A DNA stretch of 57,317 nucleotides from Octopus bimaculoides (lineage: Eukaryota). How positions within the stretch are numbered: the first letter of the stretch is position 1; the number at the start of each line of letters is the position of its first letter. Shown in pieces: positions 1 through 12,426 of the stretch. Position numbers and translations under genes: made by a program. The stretch spans positions 136,430,250-136,487,566 of the forward strand of contig NC_068981.1 of assembly GCF_001194135.2 (NCBI RefSeq), given 5' to 3'. Under the pieces are notes generated by a model. That model searched no databases. It had not been told where the DNA came from and worked only from the letters and a program-made list of their open reading frames with translations.

Positions 1-149
1 TATATATAGGAAAATAAAAGATTTTACTACTTCCAAACTTGGTTTTAGAAGCATCTAGCAAATATTCCTCTTGAAAATTTTTGCCTCAGAAAATCTAGGT
101 TGCTTGAGCTATGAATTTCATTTTATAAGGCTTTTTCTTAATTAGTTAC

Positions 150-420
150 CGTTTTACTTATTTCAGTCATTGGACTGTGGCCATGCTGGGTTACCATCTT
201 GAAGGGTTTAGTCAAACAAATCGACTCCCAGTACTTAAGTCTAGTACTTATTCCATCGATCTCTTGCCAAACTGCTAAGTTATGTTGGACCTAAAAGACT
301 AACATCAATTGTGAGGTGGTGGTGAGACACATATGAGACAAGTTTCTATGCAATTTCCATCTGCCAAATTCACTTGCAAGGCACTGACTGTCCAGGGCTA
401 TAGTTGAAGACACTTGCCCA
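150..420 (-). mobile_element. degenerate tRNA-derived SINE, family A (CORE-like)
   Basis: tttcagtcattggactgtggccatgctg tail and agaagacacttgccc core, reverse orientation. Confidence 0.75.
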
Positions 421-1191
421 CATATGTGCAGGAACAGAATTTACTTAGGAGCTGCAAATCAAGGTTCAAAACACTTTACAATTTTTTTTTTTTCTGTCAA
501 TCTTAATAGCAAAACAAACATGGATGTTATAATAATTATTATATTTGTACATGAATGAAATCAGATAAATCCAGTGGTGGAAAAGTAATGTTTCAAATTG
601 GCCCCAAAATGTTTCTGTGCTCACTCAGTTTAGCAATGAAGTTTTGCAGGGGGATGTTTAAAGCATTTTCATTGCCCCCCCCCCACCACCACCACCACCA
701 AAACATTTTATGGAGGTGGAGCACTTTCACCTTCTCTTCCCAAGCCAATGCTTATTCAAGGTACCATGCTGTGGGACCGAACTCCAAATCCACGTGGTTG
801 CAAAGCTAGTTTCTTAACCACACAGCCATCCCTGTGCTTACATTGCAATATCAAAAATGTCTTTGCACTTATCTAATATATTATTTTTGATAGATGTAAT
901 ATTAAATATCAAAGTGTTGCTCTACATATTCACAACTATTATTACCACCATTCTCTAATACCTTCTACAGTTATGAATACTGTTTAATCAAGAAAGCAAT
1001 TAAATTTTGTTGCTTTTTTAACATTCCTGTATCTATATTAAACACTTCCTCGTCATTAACAATCAGATCACTGAAGCGATTTAGAGAAATCAATTATCAA
1101 GCTGAACCTATTATAGTATTCTTATAAGAATCTAGTTGGTGTGTAATATAAACTGATATAACAGTTTTTAGTGGAATGATATATGTGTAGA

Positions 1192-1545
1192 CATGGATAT
1201 GTGGTTAAGAAGCTTGCTTTGTGACCACATGGTTTTGGGTTCAGTCCCACTGTGCGGCACCTTGGGCAAGTGTCTTCTATTATAGCCCTGTACCGACCAA
1301 TGCTTTGTGCATGAATCTGGTAGTTAGTCTGTGAGGAAGTCTTGTATTTGTGTTGTTTTATGCCTCCACAGCTTGGTAGCTTGTTTGGTTTGTTTACATC
1401 TCCATAACTTAGCAGTTCCGTAGAAGAGACTGATAGAATAAATACTGACTTTAAAAAGAAAAAATCCTGGGGTTGATTTGACTAAACCCTACAAAGAAGT
1501 GCCCCAGCTAGGCCACAGTTCAATGAGTGGAACAAGTAAAAGATA
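1192..1545 (+). mobile_element. SINE family A
   Basis: gtggttaagaag (A-box-like) and ggttcagtccc (B-box-like) head, caccttgggcaagtgtcttct core, gaaacaagtaaaaga tail. Confidence 0.85.
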
Positions 1546-1676
1546 GATAATGACAGTCAAACACATCAGCTCTCAACACAAACTAGATTCAGTGAAATAA
1601 AGTATTTGGCAATGGCAGTGTAGAATAAAAGAAAAAAAAAATGGAAACTAATTTCAACAAACAGGACAAATTTCCT

Positions 1677-2048
1677 TTTATCTTTCACTTGTTTCAGTCA
1701 TTAGATGGCTGCCAAGCTGGGGCACCGCCTTGAAGAAATTTTAGTTTTGAATGAATCAATCCCAGAACTTATTTTTTCAAAACATGGTACTTATTCTATT
1801 GGTCTCTTTTATTGGACTAGGTTATGGTAACATACAAGCCCCAACACCAGTTGTCAAGCAGTGGTGGTGAGGGTGCAGACACACACACACACCAGGCTTC
1901 TTTCAGTTTCTGTTTACCACAATCACTGACAAGGTTTTGGTTGGCCCAAAGCTATAGTAGAAGACTCTTGCCCACTGTGTCATGCAGTGGGACTAAACCC
2001 AGAACCACATGGTTAGGAAGCAAACTTCTTACCACACAGCCATGCCTG
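1677..2048 (-). mobile_element. SINE family A
   Basis: full reverse-oriented copy; donor of the segment duplicated at 3867-4020. Confidence 0.85.
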
Positions 2049-2064
2049 TATCTTTTTTTACACC

Positions 2065-2358
2065 CTCTTTGAGCGAGATCGTTGCCAGTGCCCCTGGACT
2101 GGCTCTTGTGCAGGTGGCACATAAAATACACCATTTTGAGCGTGGCCGTTGCCAGTACCGCCTGACTGGCCTTCGTGCCGGTGACACATAAAAGCACCCA
2201 CTACACTCTCTGAGTGGTTGGCGTTAGGAAGGGCATCCAGCTGTAGAAACTCTGCCAAATCAGATTGGAGCCTGGTGTAGCCATCTGGTTCACCAGTCCT
2301 CAGTCAAATCGTCCAACCCATGTTAGCATGGAAAGCGGACGTTAAACGATGATGATGA
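2065..2358 (+). mobile_element. RTE-LINE 3' end, or RTE-tailed non-autonomous element, with (GAT)n tail
   Basis: ends ...gcatggaaagcggacgttaaacgatgatgatga; nearly identical to 31415-31560. Confidence 0.75.
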
Positions 2359-2402
2359 CCTCCACCCCACCTCATTCCTTACAACTGTTGCTTGCATGAG
2401 TT

Positions 2403-2580
2403 TAGGGCATTTACCCCTCTTGGACAATAACCTCCCCAAGAACAATTCGCCCTGAGGACAATAGATGATTTAAAACTTCTTAATATATTGGAGAAGGGGT
2501 AATTATCCCAGGGGATAGTTGTCATCAGTGGGGATTGCCCTATGGGAGGTAATTGTCCTCGGGGGCAATAACTGTCCTGA
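2403..2580. repeat. short element of inverted ggacaat/attgtcc and cccc/gggg modules
   Basis: ggacaataacctcccc, acaattcgccc and gaggacaat on the left; gggtaattatccc and ggtaattgtcctcggggg on the right; family not assigned. Confidence 0.5.
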
Positions 2581-3624
2581 TACAGCTTGCATATATATAT
2601 ATATATATATATGTATGGAGTATTATTGAAAATGTTTGACTTTAATCTTATTACAGAAAGAACCCATTTCTTAAATGCTCACTTCACCTGTTCTGATCCT
2701 ACGTTAAGATTGTATAAAGCTTTTTTTAATTTTTACTTTTTTTTTAAATTTCAGTTTTACATGAATGTCTTGAGTAAATTTAATCCCTTGCATACTTTCT
2801 CTCAGTAACTTCTTACCTGTATAATAAAAGTAGACTCTGTTGTTAGACAGGTAAACTGATTTAAGTAGGATTTAGATCTGTATTCATAGCAGTTTTTAAT
2901 GTCATTGTGCCTCTTATATGAAGTCATTTATTTTTCCTGTTTGTAATTTTTTTTTTCTTTTTTTTTTTCATAATATTTTCTGATGTTGCTTATTTCAAAG
3001 CCAGGCCTGATCAAAGCTGACTTATGATCAAAAGCATTTCAGCCATAGTAATTCTTTTTTTTTTTTTTTCTCCTCTNNNNNNNNNNNNNNNNNNNNNNNN
3101 NNNNNNNNNNNNNNNNNNNNNNNNNNNNNNNNNNNNNNNNNNNNNNNNNNNNNNNNNNNNNNNNNNNNNNNNNNNNNNNNNNNNNNNNNNNNNNNNNNNN
3201 NNNNNNNNNNNNNNNNNNNNNNNNNNNNNNNNNNNNNNNNNNNNNNNNNNNNNNNNNNNNNNNNNNNNNNNNNNNNNNNNNNNNNNNNNNNNNNNNNNNN
3301 NNNNNNNNNNNNNNNNNNNNNNNNNNNNNNNNNNNNNNNNNNNNNNNNNNNNNNNNNNNNNNNNNNNNNNNNNNNNNNNNNNNNNNCTGTCTTTACGGTC
3401 TAAGTTCAAATTCTGCCGAGGTTGTCTTTTCCTTTCATACTTTCGGGATCTATAAATGAAGTACCAGTTGTGTACTAGGGTCGATCTAATCAACTGGCTC
3501 CCTCCCCCAAAATTTCAGGCCTTCTACCTAGAGGAGAAAAGAATATTTTCTGATGTTGCTTATTTCAGTCAGGCTTGATCAAAGCTAACTTATAATCAGA
3601 CATTTTAGCCATAGTAATTCTCTC

Positions 3625-3684
<60 letters not shown>

Positions 3685-4676
3685 GCCACTCTGTATCCTT
3701 GGCTTTTTAATGGCATTAGATTGTGATATAAGAAATATTTGGTTGCTATTTGTGGCAGTTCAAGCAACCATGTTGACTCTTATCTGTTTTCTGATTGAGA
3801 TATTTATTGGCAACAAGGTGGTGAGCTGGCAGAAACCTTAGCATGCCGGGCAAAATGCTTGGCAGCATTTTAGTTTTGAACGAATCAATCCCAGAACTTA
3901 TTTTTTCAAAACATGGTACTTATTCTATCAGTCTCTTTTATTGGACTAGGTTATGGGAACATACACACCACCACCAGTTGTCAGGCAGTGGTGGTGAGGG
4001 TGCAGACACACATACACACACACACACACGTCCTCCTTTTTCAAACCAACCCTCTCAATCTCCTCCTCCACCTTTGTCATAAATGGAGTGCCAGTCATGA
4101 AGAGCATATAATTGTACAAACCATGCCAGAGCATTTGGAGCAATCCTTGGACACATTAGATCCTGTCAAATCATCCAACCTTTGCCAACATGGAATGTAG
4201 GCATTACATAATGAATTTGTTGTCCTTCCTTTTAAGATATCACTCAGTTTGAGACATAGCTGCAATTTCTAGCACTCCAAGTGACCATTTAAAGGCTTCT
4301 TTATTGGCTTGATTGTTTTAAGTGTATCGAAAGTTTTTTTAAATGTTTGGTTATAAACTTTTTAAGAAAAATCCATTAATTTCAATGCATTAGCAACAAG
4401 ATTACAGAAAATACTGATATCTGAGTTCAGATGTTGCTGGGGTCAGCTTTGCCTTTCATCCCACTGGGATTAATAAAATAAGTACCAGTTGAGCACGAGG
4501 CCTTGAAATTGCTGGCCTTGTGCCAAAATTTGAATTTCATATTTAGCAACTTTCTGTGGCAGCAGCAGCATATATCCATCTTGTGGTGTTGGCTTGTGAT
4601 GTTTTTTTATTGTGGAATAAGCTATTGAACACACTCTCTCCTTCCTTTGGCTTATATACTGTTATGATTATTTCAG

Positions 4677-4808
4677 GCGTGCGATGCTTTCCACTACACA
4701 ACAGGACAACTTTTAGACACCGGTTGGATGCAACCTCTTGTCAATGGATCTGAAGCAATGTCGTTTTCTACATTTTGTTGTCTTGTTATGGAAGCAAAAA
4801 GTCAATTG
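4677..4808 (+). CDS. raw: raw-like gene, internal exon (ACDAFHYTTGQLLDTGWMQPLVNGSEAMSFSTFCCLVMEAKSQL)
   Basis: tttcag|GCG acceptor, TTG|gtatgt donor, 132 nt, phase 0-0, open; in phase with the next five exons; FCCLV resembles the linker between the two Raw repeats. Confidence 0.75.
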
Positions 4809-5624
4809 GTATGTAAATTCTTCCCTAATTAAGAAAAAGAAAAAGGGTTTTTTTTTTTCTCTTTTTGATGTCTTTTCAGAATTGTCTGTTGATTGAAATT
4901 AATTTTCTCTAGCTGTATTTAATTTATTCTGAAGATAATCCATGTTTTAAAAGAAAGAGTGGGAGGGGGAAAAGTATCAATGTTTTTAAAATATAACTTC
5001 AATAAGCAGATTAATTAACAAAATTTTAAATATTGCTCTATTTAACTTCCATCATTTTCAACCTATTTTCACTTGAAAGAAAAATTATTGTTGCTGTTAC
5101 TACTGTACTGCCTCTTCAATTTTTTTTCTAAATTTTCTGTTGTATTAGTTTGTATTACACTGTATTTATAGGTCTAATTTTTTTTCTTTTCTTTGTGCGT
5201 ATCTTGTTCTTGTTATGGTTAAAGGTACCACTATTATCATTTTGTTTGTGTTCTCCTGTGTAAAACGCTGGAAATTGATTCAGTACTTCCAGGAGATATT
5301 TAAATTTCCTTTTCCACTGCAGGACTAATTTCTTCAGTTTTTTGTTGATATTTCATGTTCCACTGGCGCCAAAACTTTTGCATTGAATATTTTAATTTCT
5401 TCACATTGATTTGGTTTTTGTTTTCTTGTAGCACAAAATTTTTTCAATGTATTTGCTGTTGCTCATTTTATTTGGATTAAAAATTGTTAATTATATCAAT
5501 TAGAATTTCTATATTTATTGTAAAACAGTAGACTGTGGCTTGAAGCATTTAGTTTTAAGTTCTGAGTTGAAATACAACAGATGATGTAAATATTTGGGAT
5601 TGATAAAATAGTACTTTTTGCTTG

Positions 5625-6008
5625 TTTCTATTTGTGGACTGTGGCCATGTTGGGGCACTGCCTCAAAAAGTTTTTAATCAAACAGATCACCCCAGTATTT
5701 TTTTTTTTTTTTTTTTTNNNNNNNNNNCCCAGTATTTTTTTTTTTTTGTTTTTGATAACACTTATTCTGTTGGTATCTTTTGCTGAGTTGCTAAGTTATG
5801 GGGATGTAAACAAACCAACACTGGTTGTCAACCAGTATGTATGTATACACACATATATATGGCAGTCCTCCACACAGTTTCTGTCTCACTCACAAGGCAT
5901 TGAGCAACCCAGGGCTATAGCAGGTATTTGTCCAAAGTGAAACACAGTGGGACTGAACCTAAAGTCACATGGTTGCAAAGCAAGATTCTTAACCACATAG
6001 CCATGCCT
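5625..6008 (-). mobile_element. SINE family A (intron of raw-like gene)
   Basis: reverse copy, tail ttggactgtggccatgttgg through head aaccacatagccatgcctg; contains a 10-N gap. Confidence 0.8.
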
Positions 6009-6929
6009 GAGGTATGCAATGTCCAAATATTTGTAGTTGCTGATGACTTTCTATTTGGCCTTTTTATCAGTTTAAAAATGGTGCTTCATATTTCAAAGTA
6101 CAGTACTTTAGTTAGGTAAGGAACCTTTGCATCTTATGGTTACTGATATTTGCCTCAAAAATCTTGATTCCAAGCAAAACATTTAGCTAAACAATTCTTC
6201 CACAATTTTTTAAGGTCAGGTCATTTGCTTCCCTTTTATCTTTTAGTTAAAATTTTTTTTTTGTCCTTACTCTTTTGAACTAGATCAACCATTGACAGCA
6301 AATCAACTTTAACATCATCATTCTCACTCAAATTCACACAATTTGGCAACTTCTAGCTCGTTGTTTAGTCCCATGTAAACTTTGATTAAACACAACTATG
6401 GTCCAAGGTATTTCACTTATAACCATTCTAACCATTCCTTCTGGCTAGAAGTATATCAAAGTCTACATTAACTAATACATCCTGTCTTTATCTAAGACAA
6501 AACTTGTATTTGAGGGAAATTTGACTGTTACTTTTAGCTGTTTGAGTGATCACGCAGGAAGCTTCCTTATATGCCAAAAAAAAAAAGTTTAATATTTTGA
6601 TGGGTGCTTATGTGTCAGTGTACAGGACCTTTTGTGGGTCTTTATTTTTTTAAGATGATAGGGTGTGATGTGAGGGAAATCTGATTGTGCTTTCTACTAT
6701 GTCAAGTGACCATGCAGAAGCTCTCTTGTCTATAGATTGTTGAATGTTATAGTGAAGAAGATATAATTTTTCTTTGATCCTTGAGATCATAAAATTCCCC
6801 TGAATCCATTGCAGAGTTCAAGGCCAGTAATTTTGCCAGCTGGGTGTATATCTTGTACTTTATTAAATATGGTGGTGAAATGAAGAAGTAAAAAAGCTAT
6901 TAATTTTCATGAAATGTTTGTCCTTGCAG

Positions 6930-7029
6930 GCACTATGTTACCCTTCACTTCGACAGCTGTTGACCAACACATTGTTTATTTTGCTCTCTATTACCAAAAC
7001 TGTGCCTAACTGGTTAGGATGGATGTTTG
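6930..7029 (+). CDS. raw: raw-like gene, internal exon, hydrophobic segment (ALCYPSLRQLLTNTLFILLSITKTVPNWLGWMF)
   Basis: ccttgcag| acceptor, G|gtaagc donor, 100 nt, phase 0-1, joins the next exon as GGA. Confidence 0.8.
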
Positions 7030-7109
7030 GTAAGCTGTTCTAACATGTTCAATTGATGTTGTGGCTTTTATTATTTGCTGGCTACATCTGTCAACTTCTA
7101 GACACATAT

Positions 7110-7164
<55 letters not shown>

Positions 7165-7169
7165 CTCTT

Positions 7170-7220
<51 letters not shown>

Positions 7221-7239
7221 ATTTGAAAAAAGCATTTAA

Positions 7240-7424
7240 CCCTTTTGTAACCAACCCATCTGAAACTGCCGCTGGCTCTGTAGTACAAATGACTTGTTTT
7301 CATAAGTTTTGAATTAAAATCTTCCACAAAACCTTAGTTGCAATTTATGTTCTTAACATCAGCGTAATAACTAAGTTGTTTTACCAAATGCTGTGTTATA
7401 TTTAAAATTACGGTAACAAAAGGG
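7240..7424. mobile_element. piggyBac-like MITE
   Basis: TTAA|CCCTTTTGTAACC ... GGTAACAAAAGGG|TTAA; TTAA TSD at 7236 and 7425. Confidence 0.85.
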
Positions 7425-7635
7425 TTAACTAACAAATGGGAATTGTAAAACACACACACACACACAGCGCTAATTAAATGTGAAAATTTCCTCTATATTG
7501 TATTGCTGATATTTCTTTGACTCCTCTGCTATCTTTCTGCTCCATGATGTCTTACTCAACCAAACTTACTTTCTCAATGTGTTGCCACTCATCTGAATTT
7601 GTGTTCATTGCTCTTTTTCTTTCTCGCCATTCTAG

Positions 7636-7747
7636 GAAGAAATTCAGCTTTAAAGTCAAAACAGGTAGAGAAAAAGTACGATTTTTACCTCGGTGGTAGT
7701 TACAAAAGTCAAAACTGGAGAGAAGACATTGTTTTACCAATTCTCAG
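7636..7747 (+). CDS. raw: raw-like gene, exon starting the NDT-like repeat (RNSALKSKQVEKKYDFYLGGSYKSQNWREDIVLPILR)
   Basis: ttctag| acceptor, AG|gtaagt donor, 112 nt, phase 1-2; D-x-x-LGGS...WR...P-x-L matches the Raw/NDT-like motif. Confidence 0.88.
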
Positions 7748-7842
7748 GTAAGTGTGTTCTTGTGAACATGTGTTAATTGAAACGTTTCAAATATTAACAT
7801 ATTTTCAGGCATAATTGTTTTCAAAATATGAAATATTAAGAG

Positions 7843-8200
7843 GCGCAGGTGTGGTTGTGTGCATAAGAAGTTTGCTTCCCAACAACGTGGACTTGGGCTC
7901 AGTCCCATTGTGTGACACCTTGAGCAAGTGTCTTGTACTATAGCCTTGGACTGACCAAAGCCTTGTGGATTTGGTTGATGGAAATAAAAGAAGCCCTTCT
8001 GTGTTTGTGTATCCTACTGTCTCCTAGACTTGTAAATGAATATCACCATCATTCAGGCAGTGTCCTTTGTTCCTAATCTTCTATAAAAAAAAGTTTGGTC
8101 ATAGAGAAATGTTACTTTATATGGAAACAGGCAAGAGTTGGCAACAGGAAGGGCATCCTGCTGTCTGTCTGAATGAAACAAGCTTGGAAAAGTGGGTATT
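7843..8200 (+). mobile_element. SINE family A head/core with RTE-like tail
   Basis: aggcgcaggtgtggttgtg head, caccttgagcaagtgtc core, ggttggcaacaggaagggcatcc tail. Confidence 0.75.
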
Positions 8201-8338
8201 AAATGATGAAATATGTCATTTTTAAGTATTGTTGTTAATTAGCATCTTCTCTTTAACCTATTATTTCATATCAACTTGCTTATTCAGACAGAAGCATTAT
8301 GATTTAGTTAACACAATAATTATATGCTATTAAAGTAA

Positions 8339-8860
8339 CCCTTTTGTTACCAACTTGCTTGAAACTACGACTGGTTCTATGATACAAACATCCTGTTTTA
8401 AAGTGGTCTAAATTAAAACCTTCCATCAAAATTTCATGTTAATTCATGTTCCAAGTACCAGCTGAATTGACGGGAACCACATAAGGATCTTTCTGAATTG
8501 ACGGGAACCACATAAGGATCTTTCTGAATTGACGGGAACTAATTGTTTTCTTAACAAAACACGTTGTTTACATTCCATGGCAGTAATTGTTTTCACCTCA
8601 ATAGGCGTCAGTGATTAGTTGAAATTACCGAAATACGACAATTTTTTACATGAAATAACTTTGAATACAAATTTATCTGTCCTATAACACAAAATATACA
8701 AGTATACGAAGTTTGAAAGTGTTTCGGTACCAAAAACACAACATAAAACATAAATAAAAAGTGGTGTCCGTCAATTCAGAAAGATCCGTTATTTTTCTAA
8801 ATTTTTTGCTACTCTCAGAATTGAAACAAAGGCAGTGTACTCAGAGATATTGTAAAAAAA
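8339..8860. mobile_element. second piggyBac-like MITE copy, interrupted by a GGATC-ended MITE
   Basis: gtaa|cccttttgttacc start homologous to 7240; homology appears to resume after 8787. Confidence 0.65.
8516..8787. mobile_element. MITE with GGATCTTTCTGAATTGACGG TIRs, related to the Merlin-like family
   Basis: TIRs at 8516 and 8768-8787; about 8605-8760 is the reverse complement of the left part of the MITE at 23076. Confidence 0.8.
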
Positions 8861-9386
8861 AAAAGTTAATGTTCACTACAGATGTTTCATTGTATATTTG
8901 GATAGCACACTTTAGTTTACATGTTTCTGTTCACCTAACTGTTGATAATTGGCATCAGAGCTTTTGGGTGTAATAGCTGCAATTGACAGGCTTTCTGCCC
9001 AGAGATTTCTCTCCTCCATTTCATCTGACTAATTAAACTTCTCTAAATGGATATGTAAAGCTGTCAAATCAAGGTTATGTATTAGTCTTGTGCATCTTGA
9101 GCCTTCTAGAGGTATTTATTTACTATATTTAACTATATTCCCTATTATGTGGTATTTTTATGAAATCTTACTACAGTAAAACAGATGACTGTCATAAATG
9201 TTGGCTGTACAAGATCATCAGCAGCAGAAAAATACAAAAGTTTATGATAAAATAACAGGATAAAAGGAAAAAAAACTTCAAACTTTATATAGATTCATGG
9301 AAATAATTAGTTTAATTAATTATTTACAAAATTTTGCTTCACAAAAATATTGTGATGGTTTAGTGTTGAGTTTGGTTATTCTATAC

Positions 9387-9825
9387 CAGTGGTTCTCAGC
9401 CAGGGTAGATACAAGATTTTTGGGGTCCACACAAAGTGGTTAGAGATCCACAATAGTATTTTAAGGGCCCCTGAAAAAATTTTGCTTTAAATGTATGTAT
9501 TTGTCTGTATTGCAAGAAACAGCTAGATTTCTTTCTCAAATGTTTTACATAGTTCAACCTACACAGGTTAATGTGTGGAAAACAAAATAGGCATTTTGAA
9601 AGAAGTTTCTATAAAACTAGTTTTTAAAATATATTTTGGGATGGTCATTTCTTTTTTTTTTTCTTTACCTTTCTTCAAAATATAATGTTTCAACACATGA
9701 TTTCACATCAGGAATCTTGCAAAACAAATACGTAAAATAGTTTTTAAACAATGAATGGCTATGGGAGTTCACCAGAATAAAATAATCAAGGTGATCCATA
9801 GGTGAAAACAGGTTAAGAACCCTTA
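9387..9825. mobile_element. hAT-type MITE
   Basis: CAGTGGTTCTCAGCC ... GGTTAAGAACCCTTA ends; 8-bp TSD ttctatac/ttccatac. Confidence 0.8.
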
Positions 9826-11169
9826 TTCCATACTCTGTCAGTAGCTAATTATTATTTAAGATTTGGTGTTAGAGATGTGTAACCTAAATTGACCTTTTCC
9901 AAGTCTCAGTGCACTTAGGGCCAATTTTTCCAATATCTTTTTTTTAAGGGTCAGTTTATTCAGTATTTTTTAATATTTTTGCGATGCCAATGTGATATGT
10001 GTGAAAATGAGATTTGGCTGCTATCTTTAGCAAATCAAGTAACTGTAGAGGGGGCCCTTTATTGGTTTGTGGTGAGGGTATAGTTGATAGAAAACAATGT
10101 ATGATGATGAAATAAATGAATATTTGCTGTCTCTGACTGCTTTTGTTTTTGTATCATTACCATGTCTAACAATAGCAATAAACTTTGGAGAAATCTCATA
10201 ATTCTCCTCTCCTCAGTCCAGTTGACTGTAAGTAGATGCTGTCATAGTTGCAGTAGAAATAACATCTACACAAGGACACATGCACTGATGATTAAACATC
10301 CTCTATACCAATCTCACCCTTCTAAGAAAACCAGTAAAAATTTTGAACTGCCCCTCCCCCTCCTCCTTTTGGCTAAACCATAAGAAAACATCAAGGTTCT
10401 CTAAAAGAAATGGATGTGAATCTCCATTATATATTTAGTTTGTACTTGAGATACCATGTAATTACTAATGTAATTAATTAGTGCTGTGGAGCTTAGTCAG
10501 CATATTTTTAATTAAATATTTAACATCTTTTTCGCATCACATATCCATGTAAATTAAAGACAGAAAAACAACCACCACATACATACACACACACACACAC
10601 ACCCTTTTGTTTTAAAGTTCTTCTCAATGACAATAATTGATTTCGACAAGATTTAATTAAATTGATTTTGTTTTTATTTGCGTATTTGTATTTTTTCTTA
10701 CATCTTTGANNNNNNNNNNTTTTGTTTTTATTTGCGTATTTGTATTTTTTCTTACATCTTTGACAAAAAGAACTTCTTGAAAGCACGTTCTTAATTTCAT
10801 CATTATCAACACTGTCACTCCATCCCCACCACCATCATTAAACCAGCACCAACACCACCACCAATCTGATGTCTTCAATATATCACCAATACCACCACCA
10901 CCACCACCATTATTATCTCACCATTTCTCAGCCAAACCAATCAAACTTGCAATAAACAATAGATTGGATTATTTAAACTGTTTCATTTATCACAGTTTCT
11001 CACACTTGCATGATAACTTTTAAAGATATTTACTGTTGAATTTGGCAGTTGATACACCATGCTGGTGGTCCAGTTCTGTCTCTTTTGTAAATTGTTACTA
11101 CCAGACTCTTCACATTTGTTTCTAGAACAATATGTATGTGATGTTGTCCTTGCGCTTACCATCAGTATC

Positions 11170-11480
11170 ACCGTTTAACATCTGCTTTCCATGCTCGAAT
11201 GGTACTTTTCACATGCCACCAGCATGGGTGCCAGTCAGGTGGCACCTGTTGGACAGTTTAACTGAAGACTGGCAAGCCATGAGGCTGCACCAGGCTCCAA
11301 TCTGATTTGGCAAGGTTTCTACAGCTGGATGCCCTTCCTAACGCCAACCACTCCTAGAGTGTAGTGGGTGTTTTTTACATACCACTGGTACAGGAGCCAG
11401 TCAGGTAGCATTGGCATTGACCACGCTCGGATGGTGCTCTTTACGTGCCACCAGCACAGGAGCCAGTTGGGGGCCACTGA
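11170..11480 (-). mobile_element. RTE-type 3' tail
   Basis: tttaacatctgctttccatgc ... ctggatgcccttcctaacgccaaccact. Confidence 0.7.
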
Positions 11481-12281
11481 ATTGTATAAAAAAAAATATT
11501 TTGTGTATTGCAGAAGTGTAACCAATTTATTGCAGAAAAATTTTAACAATCTTATTTGGACCCCAGTTAGGAACTACTACTATATGCAAAACCACAATGT
11601 AGTCTGTGATTTATTTGAAAAGAGGTGTCGGCTGCTATTTCTAGCAGGCTGCATAGGGGTTACTGTTGTGGACACTGGAGGGAAATGTGTTCTGTGAAGT
11701 CTGTGATTTAGGTTCCCCCCACCACCACTTTGTTATTTTAGTCAGGAGAGAAGGCGATGCTCATAACTCTTAAGGCGGTTGGGATGAGTTGTTTGAGTGA
11801 GAACCTGGTCCAAATTCTTGTAACCAAGTGGAATCTGCTAAAGGCAGTCTAGAAGCCACATAGTGGGGTTTTAAACTAGGTGATGGATTAAGTGTATCAC
11901 TCAAGTGGGCTTTGAACACAACACAAAGGGCTGAAACAAATACCACAAGGTTTTTGATCCCACATTCTTACAGTTCTGCCAGCCCACCACCCTCAACTGG
12001 TACTTTATTTTTTTTATCTTATTGACACCAAAAAAATAAAAAACAAAGTTGAAGTTGACAGGACTTGAACTCGGTGCACAGAGCATTATATTTCATGTGT
12101 TGAAGACATAACTGTACTAGCATTGAGATGTTATATGCTGGTTGAAGAAATGCATTGTCAGCACATTTTTTTGTTTTAATTGCTATGTTAATGTCTCTGT
12201 ATATAAATCGGTATTGGTTCATTTATGCTCAGTGCTAAACAGTATGCAACAGCCTAAATATTTATTTTCTCTTTTTCACAG

Positions 12282-12426
12282 GGAACATAACTGCTCCTCT
12301 ACATTTTCTCAGAATGGAGTATGGAGTTGGGAAACCAGTTCGTTAAACAATGCTCTGCATGACGAGTGTCAACTATTGCTCTATGTTATTACCTCAGATG
12401 TCTGTGCTCTAACTTACATGATTCAG
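12282..12426 (+). CDS. raw: raw-like gene, internal exon (EHNCSSTFSQNGVWSWETSSLNNALHDECQLLLYVITSDVCALTYMIQ)
   Basis: tttttcacag| acceptor, CAG|gtaaat donor, 145 nt, phase 2-0; LLLYVIT strand motif. Confidence 0.88.

Noticed and set aside
1-4676. Upstream raw exons or start codon
   Set aside because: No convincing in-phase Raw-like exon found; probably outside the window or in the gap.
8462-8539. 31-bp direct repeats as a CRISPR array
   Set aside because: No unique spacers, eukaryotic context, and the repeat is a MITE TIR.
10670-10765. Exact ~40-bp direct repeat on both sides of a 10-N gap (similar case at 5688-5745)
   Set aside because: Typical unmerged contig overlap.
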